A stretch of DNA of 64,000 nucleotides, taken from positions 88,102,001 through 88,166,000 of the forward strand of contig OX597820.1 in assembly GCA_951406725.2 (NCBI GenBank), given 5' to 3'. Each line of letters opens with the position of its first letter. Position 1 is the first letter of the stretch. The DNA comes from Octopus vulgaris. Its lineage: Eukaryota. A program made the position numbers and the translations under genes. Shown here one piece after another: positions 1-13,145 of the stretch. The notes beneath the pieces are model-generated. The model was given only the letters and a program-made list of their open reading frames with translations, made no database searches and was not told the origin of the DNA.

Positions 1-382
1 AAGCCTTGCAACGGGGATTATCCTCCACATTTCTCTTAGCAAAGAGAAGGGTCCTGTCAGAGGACCCTGGTTGATCTGGGTGGGGTGATGTGGACTCCTT
101 CTCCTCTCAGGGGAATTGCACAATCACTTTATTAACTATAGAAAGTGGGATCCCAAGGTTTTCTGCGATTGTACGCTATGTTTAACTTCAGAATGACCCA
201 CAATACGGTCGCTTTGAAATTCAGACAGTTCCAAGGCTTCTTTTGTACATGACATGATTAAACGTCACATATAGAACCTTAAGCATAAAAATGTCAATTA
301 ATAAAAAAGATAAACCTTTATAAGTTAGAATAAATATAAAACGATATTTTATGGGGTGTCTATTTACATGTCTGTGTATGTA
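1..382 (-). mobile_element. Tc1-like DNA transposon 5' part (degraded transposase N-terminus)
   Basis: Minus strand, with frameshifts: ELSEFQSDRIVG..IAENLGIPLSIVNK..SDRTLLFAKRNVEDNPRCKA, resembling the Tc1 paired-like HTH; TIR-like end near 350-382. Confidence 0.65.
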
Positions 383-486
383 CGTCACTATTCAGTTTAT
401 TTCAAGATTTCTTGAAAGAAACGGTTTCTAATCTAGAATCAAGATTCCTTCAGTGGAATTTCAACATTAACAACAGGGTATTTTTG

Positions 487-595
487 TATGTATGTATGTA
501 TGTATGTATGTATGTATGTATGTATGTATGTATGTATGTATGTATGTATGTATGTATGTATGTATGTGTGTATATATGTATGTATGTGTGCATGC
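487..595. repeat. (TATG)n microsatellite
   Basis: Directly visible. Confidence 0.95.
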
Positions 596-839
596 ATGTA
601 ATAGTTTCATATTAAGTGAATATATTGCACAGCTCAAACGGTTACCTACAACTATCCTCTCGTCAGGTGAAGAGTAGTTGCTAGTGAATCGCTTTGAAAT
701 TTGAGACGAAGAGCTTCGATTGTTAGGAATGTGGAGGGATGTGCCGTTTTCCTTTTTGAGAATTGTGTAAGTAGTTACGTCGTTGATGTACAATGAAATT
801 ACCTGACTGTTTATCCCAGTGTTTCCTAACTTATTTTTC

Positions 840-1180
840 CCCAGGACCCCACTATAACTTTCCAGAAAAATGTATGCCCCACCGGTGGATGGAAAAAAGT
901 ATAGGCTCAGCAAGGAGACCCAGGATTAGCCAAAAAGCAAGATGGATGGATAATATCCATATCTTTGTTGGTTACGTTCTGGAATCCAACCGGAAAATCT
1001 AATGACATTTGTTTCTGATAGGACTCTATGGAAGAGGTACCCGAGGACTCTACTCACACGACCCTCCCAAAAACGGTAGACGAAGATGGATGGATGAATG
1101 GATGGATGAATGGATGGATGGATGGATGGATGGATGGATGGATGGATGGATGGATGGATGGATGGATGGATGGATGGATG
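840..1180 (+). mobile_element. RTE-like LINE 3' end with (ATGG)n tail
   Basis: [14 protein letters not shown]...SDRTLWKR resembles the RTE C-terminus; followed by a (GATG)n tail. Confidence 0.5.
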
Positions 1181-1956
1181 GAGTATTAAAAAATGTAGAG
1201 AAACCATTATTAAAAGATAAGATTTGCGGAAGACTGAGTCTTCAATGACGCTTATACCATATTGAAAGTTTAATATAAACAAAATACTGCGTGTAATTGA
1301 AAGGTATCAATTGTCTCGGCTAGATAGAAAGGTAGGCGGAGAAAGTTACTTTTGTCGTTATTGTTATTTAACCCTAGGTCAACCGTATTTAAGTAGATCA
1401 CTGTTTATGATCAAAGATATTCCAGCTAGGTCCTAACTGTATAGAAACAGAACTATATTATCCAGTGTATCCTCCATTAGAAAAGATGTTAGAGAAAGAT
1501 ATAATGGAGATTTGGGCTGCTATTTCTAGTAAGTCAAGCAACTGTGTTGAGGCTACTTCATTGACTCAGAGAAGAGTAAAGGTCAAAGCAAAATTGGATA
1601 TCGAAACCACAAATTCAAAGATGAGCAGTGGTAGGTGTTATTACTATTATACAGCGTTGGTGCAGAGAAAATCCAACAAATCGATAAAAACCTGTGACCT
1701 CCACCCTACAGCAAAAAGTGGAAAGCTCTTGTCTCGCCTAGGTAATGTTGATGTATGTTATTGTTGCGATGGTGTAGCCCCACATCAACTTCGATTGAAC
1801 TTTCCAGGCGTGACTCAAGAACATGTTGCTTTTGCCTAGCTTAGAGGCTTAATGCATACACCGACTTGAAATGGTTGCTCTTAAAAGGAATAGTGTGAAA
1901 CAGTCTAGACATGTATTCTGAGAGGTAACATCGATCTCCACTAAAGTAACGAGTCG

Positions 1957-2205
1957 TGGAGACGCGTGGCTTAGTGGTTAGGGTGTCAGCATCATGATCG
2001 TAAGATTGTGGTTTCGATTCCTGGACCGGGCGACGCGTTGTGTTCTTGAGCAAAACACTTCATTTCACGTTGCTCCAGTCCACTCAGCTGACAAAAATGA
2101 GTAACGCTACGATGGACTGGCGTCCCGTCCAGCTGGGGAACACATACGCCATTGAAACCGGGAAACCGGGCCCATGAGCCTGGCTAGGCTTTAAAAGGGC
2201 GCATT
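1957..2205 (+). mobile_element. tRNA-derived SINE (V-SINE-like family)
   Basis: A box TGGCTTAGTGG, B box GTTTCGATTCC, central GATGGACTGGCGTCCCGTCCAG; related minus copies near 30330-30580 and 33930-34213. Confidence 0.75.
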
Positions 2206-3703
2206 TATTATTTTTAAGGTAACGAGCAGGCAGAATCGTTAGTACACCAAGCGTGATGCTTAGCATCACTTCGTCCGTTTTCACGTTCTGAGGTCAAATT
2301 CCACCGAAGTCGACTTTTCCTTTCAACATTTCGGGGTCGATAAAATAAGTACCAGTCGAGTAGTGGAGTCGTGTAATCAACTTACGCTCTCCCCTGAAAT
2401 TGCTGGCCTTCTGCCAAAATTTGAAATCAATATTTATTCCCGCTTAAATGTGGCTGTTTTGTTAGAACAAATTATACTGCGGAAACTCTCATGTTGTATT
2501 CTCTCCTCCACCCTGTCTGTTTATGTGCATTTGTTGTTGAAGTTGCTATTTAACCCCGAGAGATCACTGACCAAGCGACTTAATATCACAGGTGCTCCAG
2601 CCTGGTTATCCTGTCTTTTCTATTTTGTATCAAATCTAGAGAGTTTGGGGCTAAATCACTCAATGTACCTATGTAAAAAGGCCAATAAGAACTAATTTAA
2701 GGATGGTTTACCTGCTATTTTTCGCATGTCCAGCAACCATATAATGGTTCCTTCATATACTCGTTTGTAAGCCTGTACTTTCTGGTCGTGGGTGAAGCGG
2801 AGTCGGGAAATTTGGCTTCAGTCAAAGTGTAACAGTTGCTGTTTATATGCACATGTTTGAAATAGAGTCGAAGGTTTATTCTGAAGTCGTCAATCTTGCA
2901 GGTAAATGTATTTTGGTTGTGGGTGTTGGATTTATTATTATCACCTTGAAATATCTTGTGTTATCTTCTTTAGTGTTGTGTGACCGGCTCTTCTTAGTAA
3001 TACCATGAAGTGGGGAAAGGTGGTGTGGGTGAGGTATAGGAATCTGTAAAATAAAGGAGGAGGTGGAAAAAGAGGAGGCGATGGATTGCTAAAAAAAGAA
3101 ATATTCGTAATATCTGATACACCCTGGGATTTGATTTTATCTAAAATATTCCAGACTTAAGGAGTTTCAAATTTCAAAAATGTTTCAAAATTTTCTTTTT
3201 AGATGTTTTAATATAGACATATCAATTTGATAAGTGACTCAGTTGAAATGTAGAATAGACGTAATTCTAATTAGAACGGTTTACATAGAGAAACATATAG
3301 CCTTTAGATAATTTTAAGAGAAATTTACCATTAATTTAGGTACGAGACATAAGGATAAATGTAATTCTTTTTTTTTTTTCACTGGAAAGAGAAAAATGTA
3401 TGTGATCTCGTTACGTTCAGTTAATTATCATTAATATAACATGTTCCATATCTTTTCTCATTAATTTATTACAAGAGCGATGTTCAACAACTGGATATGT
3501 TTTATTAATTGCCTCATATACTTAAATGCGGTTTAATGAAATAAATTAAATTGTCTGTTATAAAGTGAGGGCAGCAACCTCTGCGGAAACGGTGAATCAT
3601 GAGATTAAATAACTTGGGATATTTACTATCGTCCCTTTATATCTTCAGTTTAAATTTGGAATTCATTACTGTAGCCTTACCAAATATTCATTAACTAGAA
3701 GCT

Positions 3704-4045
3704 GGCTACCCGCATGGTTCATGGTCTCAAAAATTTGTCCTACGAAGAAAGGCTGAGGACGCTCGACCTTTATTCTCTTGAAAAACGCCGCCGCCGTGGT
3801 GATCTCATTCTCGCCCACAACATCATAAGCGGAAAGTGTAACCTCTCGAAAGAGCTGTTCTTCACTCCTGCTCCAGAGCGTCGGCTGCGGGGTCATTCCG
3901 AAAAGCTCTACCTGCGACGATTTCATCTCAATCGAAGGAGAGGAGCTTTCTCCGTCCGGGTTGCGGATCCGTGGAACAAGCTGCCAGACGAGATGGTGAA
4001 GATGCCGACGACCGCTTTGTTCAAAGACTCCCTTGACCTCAGCCA
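3704..4045 (+). mobile_element. CR1-type LINE ORF2 C-terminal fragment
   Basis: LSYEERLRTLDLYSLEKRRRRGDLI...LRGHSEKL...FSVRVADPWNKLP is the typical CR1/L2 C-terminus. Confidence 0.9.
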
Positions 4046-4431
4046 CTTATACGCTAATCTCACGAGTAGGAAAAGTACAGGATGATAGAATCATTAGCTT
4101 GCCGGTGAAAATGCATAGTCACATTTCTTACCGCTTTACAGTTCAAATTCCGTCGAGGTTGGCTTTACCTTTCATCCTTTCGGGGTCAATAAAATAAGTA
4201 CCAGTTGAGCACGAAATCGATGTAATTAACTAGCCCCAGCTCCTAAAATTTCAGGTTTTGTGCTTAAACAGAAAGAAAACTTGTACGAGTAGGAATTCAG
4301 TTGCGCGGACAAATGAATGCTCATCGCCAAGATCGATGGAGTGACAGTCGATAAAGTTGACTTTTTCTTTCATATCTTCAGGTTCAATAAAATAAATACC
4401 AAAAAATCAACAATATTTTAGCGACATTAAT

Positions 4432-4658
4432 TAATGTGTGAGCAAGTCATCCTGACTAATTAACCATTAACTACACTAATTAATCTTTTTGGTATGTTAT
4501 GAGTGGCTGTGTGGTAAGTAGCTTGTTTACCAACCACATGGTTCCGGGTTTAGTCCCACTGCGTGGCACCTTGGGCAAGTGTCTTCTACTATAGCCTCGG
4601 GCCGACCAAAGCCTTGTGAGCGGATTTGGTAGACGGAAACTGAAAGAAGCCCGTCGTA

Positions 4659-4701
<43 letters not shown>

Positions 4702-5310
4702 GTGTGTGTGTTTGTGTGTCTGTGTTTGTCCCCCTAGCATTGCTTGACAACCGATGCTGGTGTGCTTATGTCCCCGTTACTTAGCGGTTCGGCAAAAAAG
4801 ACCGATAGAATAAGTACTGGGCTCACGAAGAATAAGTCCCGGGGTCGAGTTGCTCGATTAAAGGCGGTGCACCAGCATGGCCGCAGTCAAAATGACTGAA
4901 ACAAATAAAAAAAAAAGAGAAAATACTCTTTGTTTCTTGCTAACCCTTTAAGTATTCAGTAATTTGCCGAAAGTATGCCAAGAGACGGATGTCGTTTATA
5001 AGCGATGCTAGTTGTTTTACCATTTTTAGAAGGGATAAAATTCCATTTTTAACTTCAGTATTTCCTGGCATAAAAGTCGTCACTTTCTTGCCAAATCTTG
5101 CTTGATTTCACAAGGGATTTTGGGGTCTCTAAAGTGTATAAGTCAAACTATCTTTTTTTGGCTGTAAATTTTAGCCTGAAAAATTCGACTGGTATGTTGG
5201 AAAATAAGGTATTAATTTTCATTATATTTTTGCAGCCAGAATAACATACCAAAAAAGATTAATTAGTGTAGCTAATGGTTAATTAGTCAGGATGACATGC
5301 TCACACATTA
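4432..5310. mobile_element. MITE with ~70-bp TIRs, interrupted by a SINE
   Basis: TAATGTGTGAGCAAGTCATCCTGACTAATTAACC...GGTATGTTAT (4432-4500) is inverted at 5241-5310. Confidence 0.8.
4501..4915 (+). mobile_element. tRNA-derived SINE family B with internal (TA)n/(TG)n
   Basis: GAGTGGCTGTGTGGTAAG...ACCTTGGGCAAGTGTC...AAAGAAGCCCGTCG; further copies near 9960-10340(+), 15785-16447(-), 20308-20725(-), 21080-21477(-), 27165-27580(+), 29580-29975(+), 50828-51570(+). Confidence 0.85.
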
Positions 5311-5826
5311 TATTCCAACGAGTAGCTGTAACAGTCCCGCCTCGTTTTGCATGTAGCGGCAACAGGACCACTTCAAATATATAAGTACTGAAAGATGGAT
5401 TTTACCTGAAAGTGTAGAGAATTGTTAATTGGTCAGTGTTGTAGTATTTTCTTATCCTGAAAAAGAAATCTTGTGTCTGGGATGCAGTCTTAGCTATGTT
5501 ATATAAGAATAGTCACCAACAACGATAACCGGAGATTGTAAGGTTTAATATTTGAAATGACTTTGAGGATTTTAGCTGCATGCTGTTTCCACTCTAGAGA
5601 TAGTGAGGTGCAATATTGTTTCTTTGATATTATATGAATTTGTGCTTTTGTACTGTTGGGGATGAACTTATATCTCCAATGGGGAATGTTTTCGAGATGT
5701 ACGTTTATGGAAGTCGCGCAGGTTTGACGTGAAGTATCTTGGTGACATGTGGATTACGTCTGTATACGGAGGAGGAGGGGGATAGGCACAAGCATTATTG
5801 AAGGTGACGGTAAGTAGATCGTTAAT

Positions 5827-6234
5827 TAGCACGCCGGGCGAAATGCTTTGTGGTATTTCGTCTGCCGCTACGTTCTGAGTTCAAATTCCGCCGAGGTCGA
5901 CTTTGCCTTTCATCCTTTCGGGGTCGATTAAATAAGTACCAGTTACGCACCGGGGTCGATGTAATCGACTTAATCCGTCTGTCTGTCTTTGTTTGTCCGC
6001 TCTGTGTGTAGCCCCTTGTGGGCAGTAATAAAACAGGTAAGTATATCGTTAATATTTCGTCTGCCACTACGTTCTGAGTTCAAATTCCGCCGAGGTCGAC
6101 TTTGCCTTTCATCCTTTCGGGGTCGATTAAATAAGTACCAGTTACGCACTGGGGTCGATATAATCGACTTAATCCGTTTGTCTGTCCTTGTTTGTCCCCT
6201 CAGTGTGTAGCCCCTTGTGAGCAGTAAAGAAATA
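5827..6234 (+). mobile_element. Tandem pair of SINE family A (Deu-domain-like)
   Basis: Core GCCTTTCATCCTTTCGGGGTCGAT..AAGTACC; B box GAGTTCAAATT; dozens of copies in the window. Confidence 0.85.
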
Positions 6235-6309
6235 GGCAAGTAGATCGTTAATACATAGGAAGTACCAGTTTATAGAAGGAGGGTTAAAGAGAGAGAGAGA
6301 GAGAGAAAG

Positions 6310-7200
6310 TCAGTACGAGGTGAGAGAAAAGGAAGGCCCTTAGGCAATTTAGTTACGAATTTCTCACAAGTGAAAGCTTGGCTAATTAACATCAAGCAAC
6401 AACATTGCTTTCGTCGAATTTCTGAAGGTCGTGGGATCATTGAGTAACGGAAAATTTAAGAATAGATCTCAGAAGATAGAGCTTCACGGAAGCTGAAGTG
6501 GTGGTTGCTGGAGAAGGAGAAAGTGACTGAAGGTGTTGAAAAACTGATTAGTAGCAACATTTCCCCGCTCATCTTTGAACTGTTGTAAGTGAAAACAGTA
6601 GGTCAATAGTGAATCATATCAGAAAGGTGATCCTTCTTGGGAATGGGACATACTGTTACATGTTTCCAAAGATGCGATTATACCTCTGTAATGATACAAA
6701 AATTGACGTAATTAGCAAAGACAGGAACTTATTCTAGAGCCCGCCTTTTGAGGGTAATGGAAGGAGCATTGCCAGAGTCTGTAGCATTATTATTTTGAAG
6801 CAACTTGAAGTGTTTCTGCATTTGGTCTGTATGTGTAGATAGAGGTGAAACGTGTGCGAAGAAGAAAGCTTTTGTGAAGTTAAGTGCATAGCAGGCAACT
6901 TAAATACAAACTTTCCCTGCAGAAGTACTACCTATAGATTCCATAAAGCTGGTAATCACCAGGCAAGGGCTCAGAATGACAAATACAATTGGATATGATG
7001 GAAGTCTTGCGGACTGTGTGATGCCTGAAGGCATCTTTAGCTGAATGGATAGTAATGTTCTATGAGTTGAGGAGATGGCAATCTACAATACACACGATCA
7101 ACAATACATGAGGCAAACCCACACAACTCTATCGTTGATGGAAGCAAGTGAATATCAGTGCCATTGAGTTTTTGCTGGATATTCTGGTATGAGATGATGA
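6310..7200 (-). mobile_element. Highly degraded LINE reverse-transcriptase region (CR1/Jockey group)
   Basis: Patches on the minus strand such as WK..TVCPIPKKD, HHFSFREA and FDESNVVA...ISQAF resemble RT motifs; many stops and frameshifts. Confidence 0.5.
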
Positions 7201-7212
7201 GTAGCGTCTAAC

Positions 7213-7738
7213 ATCGACCCCAGTGCGTAACTGCTACTTAATTTATCGACCCCGAAAGGATGAAAGGCAAAGTCGACCTCGGCGGAATTTGAGCTCAGAA
7301 CGTAGCGGCAGAGGAAATACCTATTTCTTTACTACCCACAAGGGGCTAAACACAGAGAGAGGACAAACAAGGACAGACAAACGGATTAAGTCGATTATAT
7401 CGACCCAGTGCGTAACTGGTACTTATTTAATCGACCCCGAAAGGATGAAAGGCAAAGTCGACCTCGGCGGAATTTGAACTCAGAACAGAGCGGCAGACGA
7501 AATACCTATTTCTTTACTACTCACAAAGGGCTAAACACAGAGAGGACAAACAAGGACAGACAAACGGATTAAGTCGATTACATCGACCCCAGTGCATAGC
7601 TGCTACTTAATTTATTGACCCCGAAAGGATGAAAGGCAAAGTCGAACTTGACGGAACTTGAACTCAGAACGCAGCGGCGGACGAAATACCACATAGCATT
7701 TCGCACGGCGTGCTAACGTTTCTGCCAGCTCGCCGCCT
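7213..7738 (-). mobile_element. SINE family A head-to-tail trimer
   Basis: Three ~186-bp body units with one head at 7738. Confidence 0.85.
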
Positions 7739-8173
7739 AAAGAGAGAAATTATTCTATGAAGTACAGTACACCGACCAGCATATTTTGCTTCTGAACCTG
7801 CCTCCACGTATTAACAATAAATATACAAATTATTGTTGATTTATTTCATTGTTCGCAAATGAGATTAAATGGGGAAGGGAAGGGAAGAGTAAACTAAGAC
7901 ATGTGAGTTTCCATTGTATTTATCCCTGTAAGCAACCCAGCTAGATATCAGTGATCACTCGAAATTCTTTGTTCACGTTGTCAACAGTAACGAAAGGGTG
8001 AGAAAACACGATACGGAATTATATGCTGACTGTTACTGCAGCTTCTCCCAGAAGTTACAGGATGTTATTCAGAAAACAGAAACCTAGTTTGGTTACTTGC
8101 AACAAAGTTAACTCTACTAAAGGTACCCAAGAACCAGATGAATGTTAAATCAGACTGTGTATTGTGTCTACTC

Positions 8174-9600
8174 CAGGGGTTCTGAAGCTGGGTTCACATG
8201 ACCCTTAGGGGTCTATATAAAATTTAGTTGTTAAAATGTATGTGCAATAATTCGGTTATACTCTTACAATACTCAAAATATCTTAATAGTTTTGGATCTT
8301 TTCATTTCCAAGGCCTGTTTTTTCAGATTTTTCCTACTTAACCAAACAATTTGAAACTTCGTATACTGGTAGAATGTGTCAAAAGAAAACATAATTGTAA
8401 ACCAGAATGAAAACGGAATTGTAATTTCAAAGTTTAACGTTGTTTAAAAATTAGAATTTTAACCAATGGTATTCGGTCTTTCGGCTTCATATTATTTACT
8501 CCGTCTCAATAGACGTAAACGGCTATTTTGCTGACGTATTTAACATACGTGAAATGTAAACACCCGGTTACCGCATTCCTTCAGTTTCTATTTACATTTT
8601 TTTTATATATTATTAACTAACTTATATATTAAACTTATATATTATATAACTAACTTAGTTTTTGTAAATTTTCGTATATTTTTTGTGATTTTTATTCCTT
8701 ACTTTATTCGTGTAACTTTTATTTCTGTAACTTTTTATCTTTGGCAAGCTTTCGTATGTGTGTGTATGTATGTGTGCGTGTGTATGTATGTATGGCCGAT
8801 TCAGTGTTTACATTATTTCGAGTTAAAACGAAAGATTACCTTTGCTATGTAGAAAATAATGAGGTTGACTCAATGGAATAATGACAGTGATCGAAGATAT
8901 AAACAAAATTTTTTTTGGTAATCTTTCGTTTTAACTCGAAATAATGTAAACACTGAATCGGCCATACATACATACACACATACATACACACACATACATA
9001 CACACACAAACATACATAGATACATACACACACACACATACATGCATACATACATATACACATACACCGAGTAAAAAATTTCAGTTATCTCTCTCTTTCA
9101 CACATTACTCTCTCTGTCTCTTCACACACACTAACAGAAGTACTTCACTTACACAACATACTTTCTGTCTCCCACACCCCATCAAACACACACACACGCA
9201 CACAAAACACAGACCTACGCACAGCTGTCTACGTCACACTAAGATAATGCAGTTAATTATTTCAAATGAAAACAAACAATACGATTGGTTAAAATTCGCA
9301 GATTTAATCTACCCTTAAAGTTATAAAATACATTTTTCTCAAATAAACAAGTTGAAACTAGTGTTTTCTTTTGAGACACTCTACCTGTATACGAAGTTTC
9401 AAATTATTTAGTTAACTAGAAAAATCTGACAAAACAGGCCTTGGAAATGAAAAGATCCATAGTTTTTTGTACAATTCCCAATGATATTTAATTATAAAAA
9501 TATAATAGGTTTCTTGAAAACTTTAAATGGCTATTGAGGTCAAGTAGAGTAAAATAGGAATGAAAGGGATCCGCGAGCAAAAAATGGTCGAGTTCACCTT
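8174..9600. mobile_element. hAT-like MITE hosting a nested element
   Basis: Starts CAGGGGTTCTGAA; 8-bp TSD GTCTACTC at 8166-8173 and 9601-9608. Confidence 0.7.
8294..9458. mobile_element. Long-TIR non-autonomous DNA transposon (Merlin/Mutator-like)
   Basis: ~100-bp TIRs beginning GGATCTTTTCATTTCCAAGGCCTGTTTT; 8-bp TSD ATAGTTTT at 8286-8293 and 9459-9466. Confidence 0.8.
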
Positions 9601-10659
9601 GTCTACTCTTACCTCCCTAAAAGGAACAATAGTATTTTAGCGTAGCATCAGAGACCAGAGAGGTTGTCTTGCTAGACTTTTCTGACCTTTGATTCTAAGC
9701 AACCTTACAGTATAAAAAAATTACTCGTTGAAAATTCATTCTTTTCTCGACTAATTTACGCAGCAATAGGTGTAGTGAAACTGAACTGTTGATGGTGCCG
9801 ACAGTTTTAGGTACTCTTTGGGGTGACACACTTGCCAGTTTTAGGTCTCACAGTAGGACTTGAACATAATATTGCCGTATTATGAAACAATATTGGAATG
9901 GTGCTGGTAGTGGTAGTGGTAGTGTTGGAAGTGGTGGTCGTATTGGTGGATGTGATAATGAAAGACTGTTTCCTAACCACATAATTTTGTGTTCAGTCCT
10001 AGTGCGTGGCACCTTGAGCCAGTGTCTTCTACTATAGCTGTGACCAAAGCCTTCTAAATGGATTTGGTAGACGGAAACTGAAAGAAGCCCATCGTATACA
10101 TATGTGTGTACGTCTTTATGCCAATGCTTGTCTTCCACCAACGCTTGACGACCGGTGTGCGTGTATTTACATCCTCGTAACTTAATACTTCGATAAAAGA
10201 GACCAATAGAATAACTTCCAGGCTTCAAACAAAACAAAAGAAAAAAGTACTAGGGTCGATTCTTTCGACTAAAATTCTTCAAGATAGTGCCCCAGCATGA
10301 CCGCAGTTTGATGACTAAAACGAGTAAAAGATAAAAGATCTTATAGCACTCACGCTACCAAAATTAATGAGATGTTTCTATGGTACTTATTTAAAGGTAA
10401 GTTGACTGTAGATTAAAAATAATTCTTGGTATCCACGTTTTTCATTTTTTTTTCATTAGTTTTAGTCAGTGTACCAAAGTGATCAACAAGAATTTGCAAA
10501 ACTCATTGTAGTGACAGAGTAATCTTAGTACAATACATACAAGCTTCACACACACACACGGATACAAGGTGCCGCGCTGCGGGATCATAATAGAAATCAA
10601 GTGATTATGACGCAAATATCTTAACCAGACGATTATAGGTGTGCTTCTACTTACTACGG

Positions 10660-12120
10660 TGGTTTCCTATTTAGGTACAAAACAGACAATTTTGAAGGGA
10701 TGGTAATAGTCGAAATCAAAACCAACACCGAAAAGATGAAAAGCAAAGTTGACCTCGGTACGATTTGAGATCAGAACGTAAAGAGCCGGAACAAATACTG
10801 CAAAGCAATTTTTCCAGCGCCCTGGCGAATCTACCAGCAACCCCACCCCACCCCACCCGTATGGTTCACATTCTGGCATAAGGCCAGCAACTTGGTGGGG
10901 TGGGGGAGGGGAGAGATTAATAGATCACACCGACCCCAGTGCTCAACTAGTTCTTACATTATCAACTCCAAAAAGATGAAAAAACTAAGTCGACCTCGGT
11001 GGAATTTGATCTCAGTTGGTAAAGCCGAAAGAAATGCCGTTAAGCAATTTGTCCGGTACAGTAACGATTCTACCAGCTCGCCGCCTCCTCTACTTTACAT
11101 AATCCTGTTTTATTTTGGCACAAAGACAGCAATTTTGAGGGAAGCGGTTATGTCGATTGCATCGGTCTCTAAGGTTCAGCCGGTACTTATTATATCGATC
11201 CCGAAAAGATGAAAGGCAAAGTCAACATCTGTGGATTTAAATTCTGAAAGTGAAAAGTCGGAAGAATTTTTTTGTTCGACGCGCTAACAACTCAGCCAGC
11301 TTGCCGCCTTCCCCTACTTTATAAAATGGTTTCAAATTTTGGCACAAGGCCAGCAAGTTTGCGGGAAGAGATAAGTCGATTTCATCGACCCTAATGTTCA
11401 ATTGGTTCTTATTTTATCGACTCCGAAAGAATGAAAAGCAAAGTCGACCTCAGCGAATTTTGAAATCAAAACATGAAGATAGACGAAATACCTATTTCTT
11501 TACTACCCACAAGGGGCTACACACAGAGGGGACAAACAAGGACAGTCAAACGGATTAAGTCGATTATATCGACCCCAGTGCGTAACTGGTACTTAATTTA
11601 TCGACTCCGAAAGGATGAAAGGCAAAGTCGACCTCAGTGGAATTTGAACTCAGAACGTATCGGCAGACGAAATACCTATTTCTTTACTACCCACAAAGGG
11701 CTTAACATAGGGGAGACAAACAAGGACAGACAGACGGATTAAGTCGATTATATCGACCCCAGTGCATAACTGGTACTTAATTTATCGACCCCGAAAGGAT
11801 GAAAGGCAAAGTCGACCTCGGCGGAATTTGAACTCAGAACGTAACGGCAGACGAAATACCGCTAAGCATTTTGCCTGATGTACTAACGATTCTGCCAGTT
11901 CTCTGTCTCTAAATGATTGCAAATTTTGGCACAAGGCCAGCAATTTCGAAGAGAAGATAAATTGATTACATAGTGTTCAACTGGTACTTATTTAATCGGC
12001 CCCGAAAGGATGAAAGGCAAAGTCAACCTCGACGGAATTTGAACTCCGAAAGTAAAAAGTCGGAAGAAATGCCAAACAGCATTTTGTTCGACGCACTAAC
12101 GATTCTGCTTGCTCACCGCA
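10660..12120 (-). mobile_element. Cluster of at least six same-orientation SINE family A copies of different ages
   Basis: Repeated CCGAAAGGATGAAAGGCAAAGTCGACCTC cores. Confidence 0.8.
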
Positions 12121-12399
12121 TTCGTCTACTTATTATAATAAAAACAAAACAGACGCATCATTCGTTGGCGAACTTGCCAAGCCACATGTGAAAATTGCAA
12201 TTCAGTCGTACTTTACTAAAATAACTGACAACGTCGTCACACCTAACACAAGTTTGCACCACAAAACACGACAAACAGGATTTTCCCAGCACGCGTATAC
12301 AATCTCAGCTTTATCATTGGCTGCCTTTGTTTAGCATCGTCGCTGATTGGTAGACTAGCAGAAAAACTGATTTTTTGGGTTAACATAGGTATAAGCCTA

Positions 12400-12430
<31 letters not shown>

Positions 12431-12514
12431 CATGCATACATACATACGCACACACATATGCATACATTCATATGCAATAATACACATGCTCTCCCTCTTC
12501 TCTCTCTTTCCCTC

Positions 12515-13145
<631 letters not shown>

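Noticed and set aside
1957-2035. tRNA gene candidate
   Set aside because: A and B boxes run directly into a SINE body; no proper cloverleaf or terminator
2760-3180. Possible Penelope ORF remnants (also 5330-5800, 35180-35560)
   Set aside because: Too degraded to support without a translated search
5822-6239. Recurrent ORFs with [19 protein letters not shown]
   Set aside because: Antisense reading of the non-coding SINE family A core
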